DNA of 38,800 nucleotides from Octopus bimaculoides (Eukaryota). The notes under the pieces were generated by a model, which saw nothing but the letters and a program-made list of their open reading frames with translations, searched no databases and was not told where the DNA came from. Shown one piece after another: positions 36,225 through 38,800 of this stretch. Each line of letters opens with the position of its first letter. Positions within the stretch are counted from its first letter, which is position 1. Made by a program: the position numbers and the translations under genes. The stretch spans positions 26,218,418 to 26,257,217 of the forward strand of contig NC_068986.1 of assembly GCF_001194135.2 (NCBI RefSeq), given 5' to 3'.

Positions 36225-36809
36225 GTTGCCTGAAGACTTGAAGACGAAAGTAATATTGAAATGACATGCTGAGTTTCTTGGACTTTTGACCATTACATCA
36301 CATCACACATCAAAGGCTATGCATTTGCAATCGATGGGCAAAGTACTACCACAAAATACCTTATAAACAAAAGAGACAATGGAGCCAGAAGGTGCAACTG
36401 AAAATGTCAATTATATCACCACTTTGTGGAAAATATCACACATGTAATCAACAGTTGCCTAGACATATCATCAAGGTACAACCGCCAATGAGACATGATA
36501 TCACTAAAACAAATATACAATGCCATTCAAAAAAGACTGTTCCGGGTTAAATATTGAGAATCCTCCTGTTACTCAATACGTACATAAACATCAATACAAG
36601 GAATATTCCCATCAAATCATTTGCCAAGTGCAAACACAACAGGCTGGATATTGTTGTTTGGGACAGACAAGAAGATGTACCATCACAGAAGTCAGCTGTT
36701 TTGTTGTTGTGAATATCTCTTTGATAAAATCACAAAGAAAGAAGATAACTAAGGACAACTGTTTTGAAACCTTTAGCTTTTATAACAATAGTAATTGGAG
36801 TACTTGGTT
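36225..36809 (+). mobile_element. C-terminal fragment of an RLE-type (R4/Dong/NeSL-like) non-LTR retrotransposon
   Basis: YITSHIKGYAFAIDGQSTTTKYLINKRD ... VENITHVINSC (CCHC knuckle remnant) ... RHD ... KCKHNRLDIVVWDRQE ... TITEVSC ... IVIGVLG. This is the RHD...NRPD...EVSC order of the PD-(D/E)xK restriction-like endonuclease. Contains many frameshifts. Confidence 0.75.
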
Positions 36810-37495
36810 CATCATCATCATCATCGGTTAACATCTGTTTTCCATGCTAGCATGAGTTGGATAGTTCGACCGGGGTCTGGGAAGCCAGGAGGCTGCACCA
36901 GACTCCAGTCTGATCTGGCAGTGTTTCTACAGTTGGATGCTTTTTATGTGCCACCGGCACAGGGGCCAGAGGAGCTGGCAGCGGCCACGATTTTTTGGTG
37001 CTTTTTACGTGCCACTGGCACAGAAGCCAGTCAAGGCAGCGCTGGCATCGGCCATGTTCAGATGGTGCTTTTTACGTGCCATTTGATTTTCATTTTGATG
37101 TTGATGCACTTGACTCAATAGGTCCCCTCAAGCACAGCAAGTTGCCCTACGATCCAAGGTACTTTTGAATGGGCTGGGGCTGGTTATGCGAAACTGGTGT
37201 AGGATACAGCCATGAACTCACTTTATCTGCCGGGTCTTCACAGTCNNNNNNNNNNTGAATGGGCTGGGGCTGGTTATGCGAAACTGGTGTAGGATACAGC
37301 CATGAACTCACTTTATCTGCCGGGTCTTCACAGTCACAGCATATCTCCAGAGGTCTCGGTCTTTCATCATTGCCTATGTTTGGGAGTGGCATTTCTTCAC
37401 ACATCTCTCCTCATCCATCCGTAGTACATGACCATACCAGCGCAAATGTCTCTCTTGCACACCACATCTGATGCTTATGTCCAACCTTTCTCTGC
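36810..37495 (-). mobile_element. 5'-truncated RTE LINE 3' end with internal deletion, 3' UTR and (GAT)n tail; contains a 10-N gap
   Basis: Minus strand reads ERLDISIRCGVQERHLRWYGHVLRMDEERCVKKCHS / MMKDRDLWRYAVTVKTRQIK*. The GRGRPRKTW segment is missing. Confidence 0.85.
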
Positions 37496-38104
37496 AAAGT
37501 TCAGAAAGCTACTACGGTCCCTAAGGTAAAGCCTAAAATATAAAGGGGTCCGCAAGTCAAAAAGTTTGAAAACCCCTGCTTCAGGCTATGCCTCCCCCTC
37601 ACTCTCACACACACACACACAATCTGTCCGCTATCAAAAATCCCTTGCAACCCATTTTCCCAACCCATTTTCCCATCCCACCACCCATCATCACCACCTG
37701 CTGCAAGCCCCTCCACTCTCCCTAATGTGCCTTTCCACACACTCTCCATGTCCTCACATATCCCCTCTTCTGGCCACTCCGATTTTTCTCAACATTATTT
37801 ACTACAGTTACCTCTTAATCTCTAAACATCTCCCATCACAGTCTTATAGAACATACCTCTATATCCCCTTTGTACCACTTATACTTCCCTCTTCCACTGT
37901 TTTCTGTAGGACGGTCCCAATGCATCTCCAACACCATCTATTTCTCTCTTTCTCTCTCCTTCCTTTCTTTTCTTTTCCTACTGGAGTAGCCAAGTATCTC
38001 CTCTATAGAAAGACACCTATCTCTATCCCTCCATAATACTCTAATCTATCACCTAGCATGAAGCCACTTTCCTCAGTTGTACTTCTTCTCCCAGCTGAAC
38101 GGTC

Positions 38105-38305
38105 TTTGTCTTGCAAATTACTTGGCGATCCCACCCCTACCCAGTGTTGGTGCCACATAAAAAGCACCCAGAACACTCTGTAAAAAGCTGGCATTAGGAA
38201 GGGCATCCAGCCATAGTAACCATACTAAAGGAGTGTGATGCAGCTCTCCAGCTTGCAAGCTCCTGTCAAACTGTCCAACCCATGCCAGCATGGAAGATGA
38301 TGAAG
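38105..38305 (+). mobile_element. Decayed element with RTE-type tail
   Basis: GTCTTGCAAATTACTTGGCGA...GGTGCCACATAAAAAGCACCCAG...GGCATTAGGAAGGGCATCCAGC...CCAACCCATGCCAGCATGGAAGATGATGA. Confidence 0.8.
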
Positions 38306-38569
38306 AGTATCTAAAAAGCATTTAATCTGGGGGAGGGGCATAACCAGTGGAGGTAGGGCATTACCCTTCACATCTGTAGAGCCTCCAAGACAGGGTGACA
38401 AAAGATACTTCAAAGCAGAGAATAGGTTAAATGGTCAGTTACTTGTAACAGAGTAGACTCTAGCAATGGTACAAAAGGGCTGGTTAAGTGGTGGTGATGG
38501 TATCAAAAATAGGTGGTTTATGTTTACCATCCAAGTGATTTATTACTTCAGCATAGCAGTTATAGCTAT

Positions 38570-38800
38570 CATCATCATCATCATCATCATCATCGTTTAA
38601 CGTCCGCTTTCCATGCTAGCATGGGTTGGACGATTTGACTGAGGACTGGTGAAACCGGATGGCAACACCAGGTTCCAGTCTGATTTGGCAGAGTTTCTAC
38701 AGCTGGATGCCCTTCCTAACGCCAACCACTCAGAGAGTGTAGTGGGTGCTTTTACGTGTCACCCGCACGAAAACGGCCACGCTCGAAATGGTGTCTTTTA
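38570..38800 (-). mobile_element. Young RTE 3' UTR / tail with (ATC)n, continuing past the window end
   Basis: (ATC)n GTTTAACGTCCGCTTTCCATGCTAGCATGGGTTGGACG...GGATGCCCTTCCTAACGCCAACCACTC; near reverse complement of 3470-3675. Confidence 0.9.

Noticed and set aside
37166-37335. Exact 80-bp tandem duplication (37166-37245 and 37256-37335)
   Set aside because: The copies are identical and separated by a 10-N gap, the signature of an unmerged contig overlap rather than biology.

Overview
AT-rich eukaryotic genomic DNA with four assembly gaps, not prokaryotic. The SINE, RTE-tail and MITE families match what I recall of octopus (coleoid cephalopod) repeats; this is an inference from recall, not a database search. 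Most of the window looks like the long introns of one minus-strand protein-coding gene that I cannot name. Supported exons are 35857-35914 (CNNHLYHSNWARLTRRNLV), 24051-24154 (DNYEKLHRNEEMRRVLEEIERRQEEEFTRREQEK), 5356-5478 (acidic, Ser/Pro-rich) and a probable terminal exon starting near 337-351. The introns hold tRNA-derived SINEs, RTE-clade LINE fragments and their (ATG)n-tailed 3' ends, TTAA-flanked piggyBac-type MITEs, a hAT-type MITE, a Chapaev3-like transposase relic, an RLE-clade non-LTR fragment, a probable solo LTR and microsatellites. The most interesting signals are at the gene's 3' end. A perfect 21-bp inverted repeat covers both a stop codon and an AATAAA. Tandem acceptors select between two open frames, and a candidate 29-nt microexon would end the protein in a PDZ-type motif. 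Several intronic fold-back structures are candidate A-to-I editing substrates. Most entries in the ORF track are artefacts of repeats or N runs.
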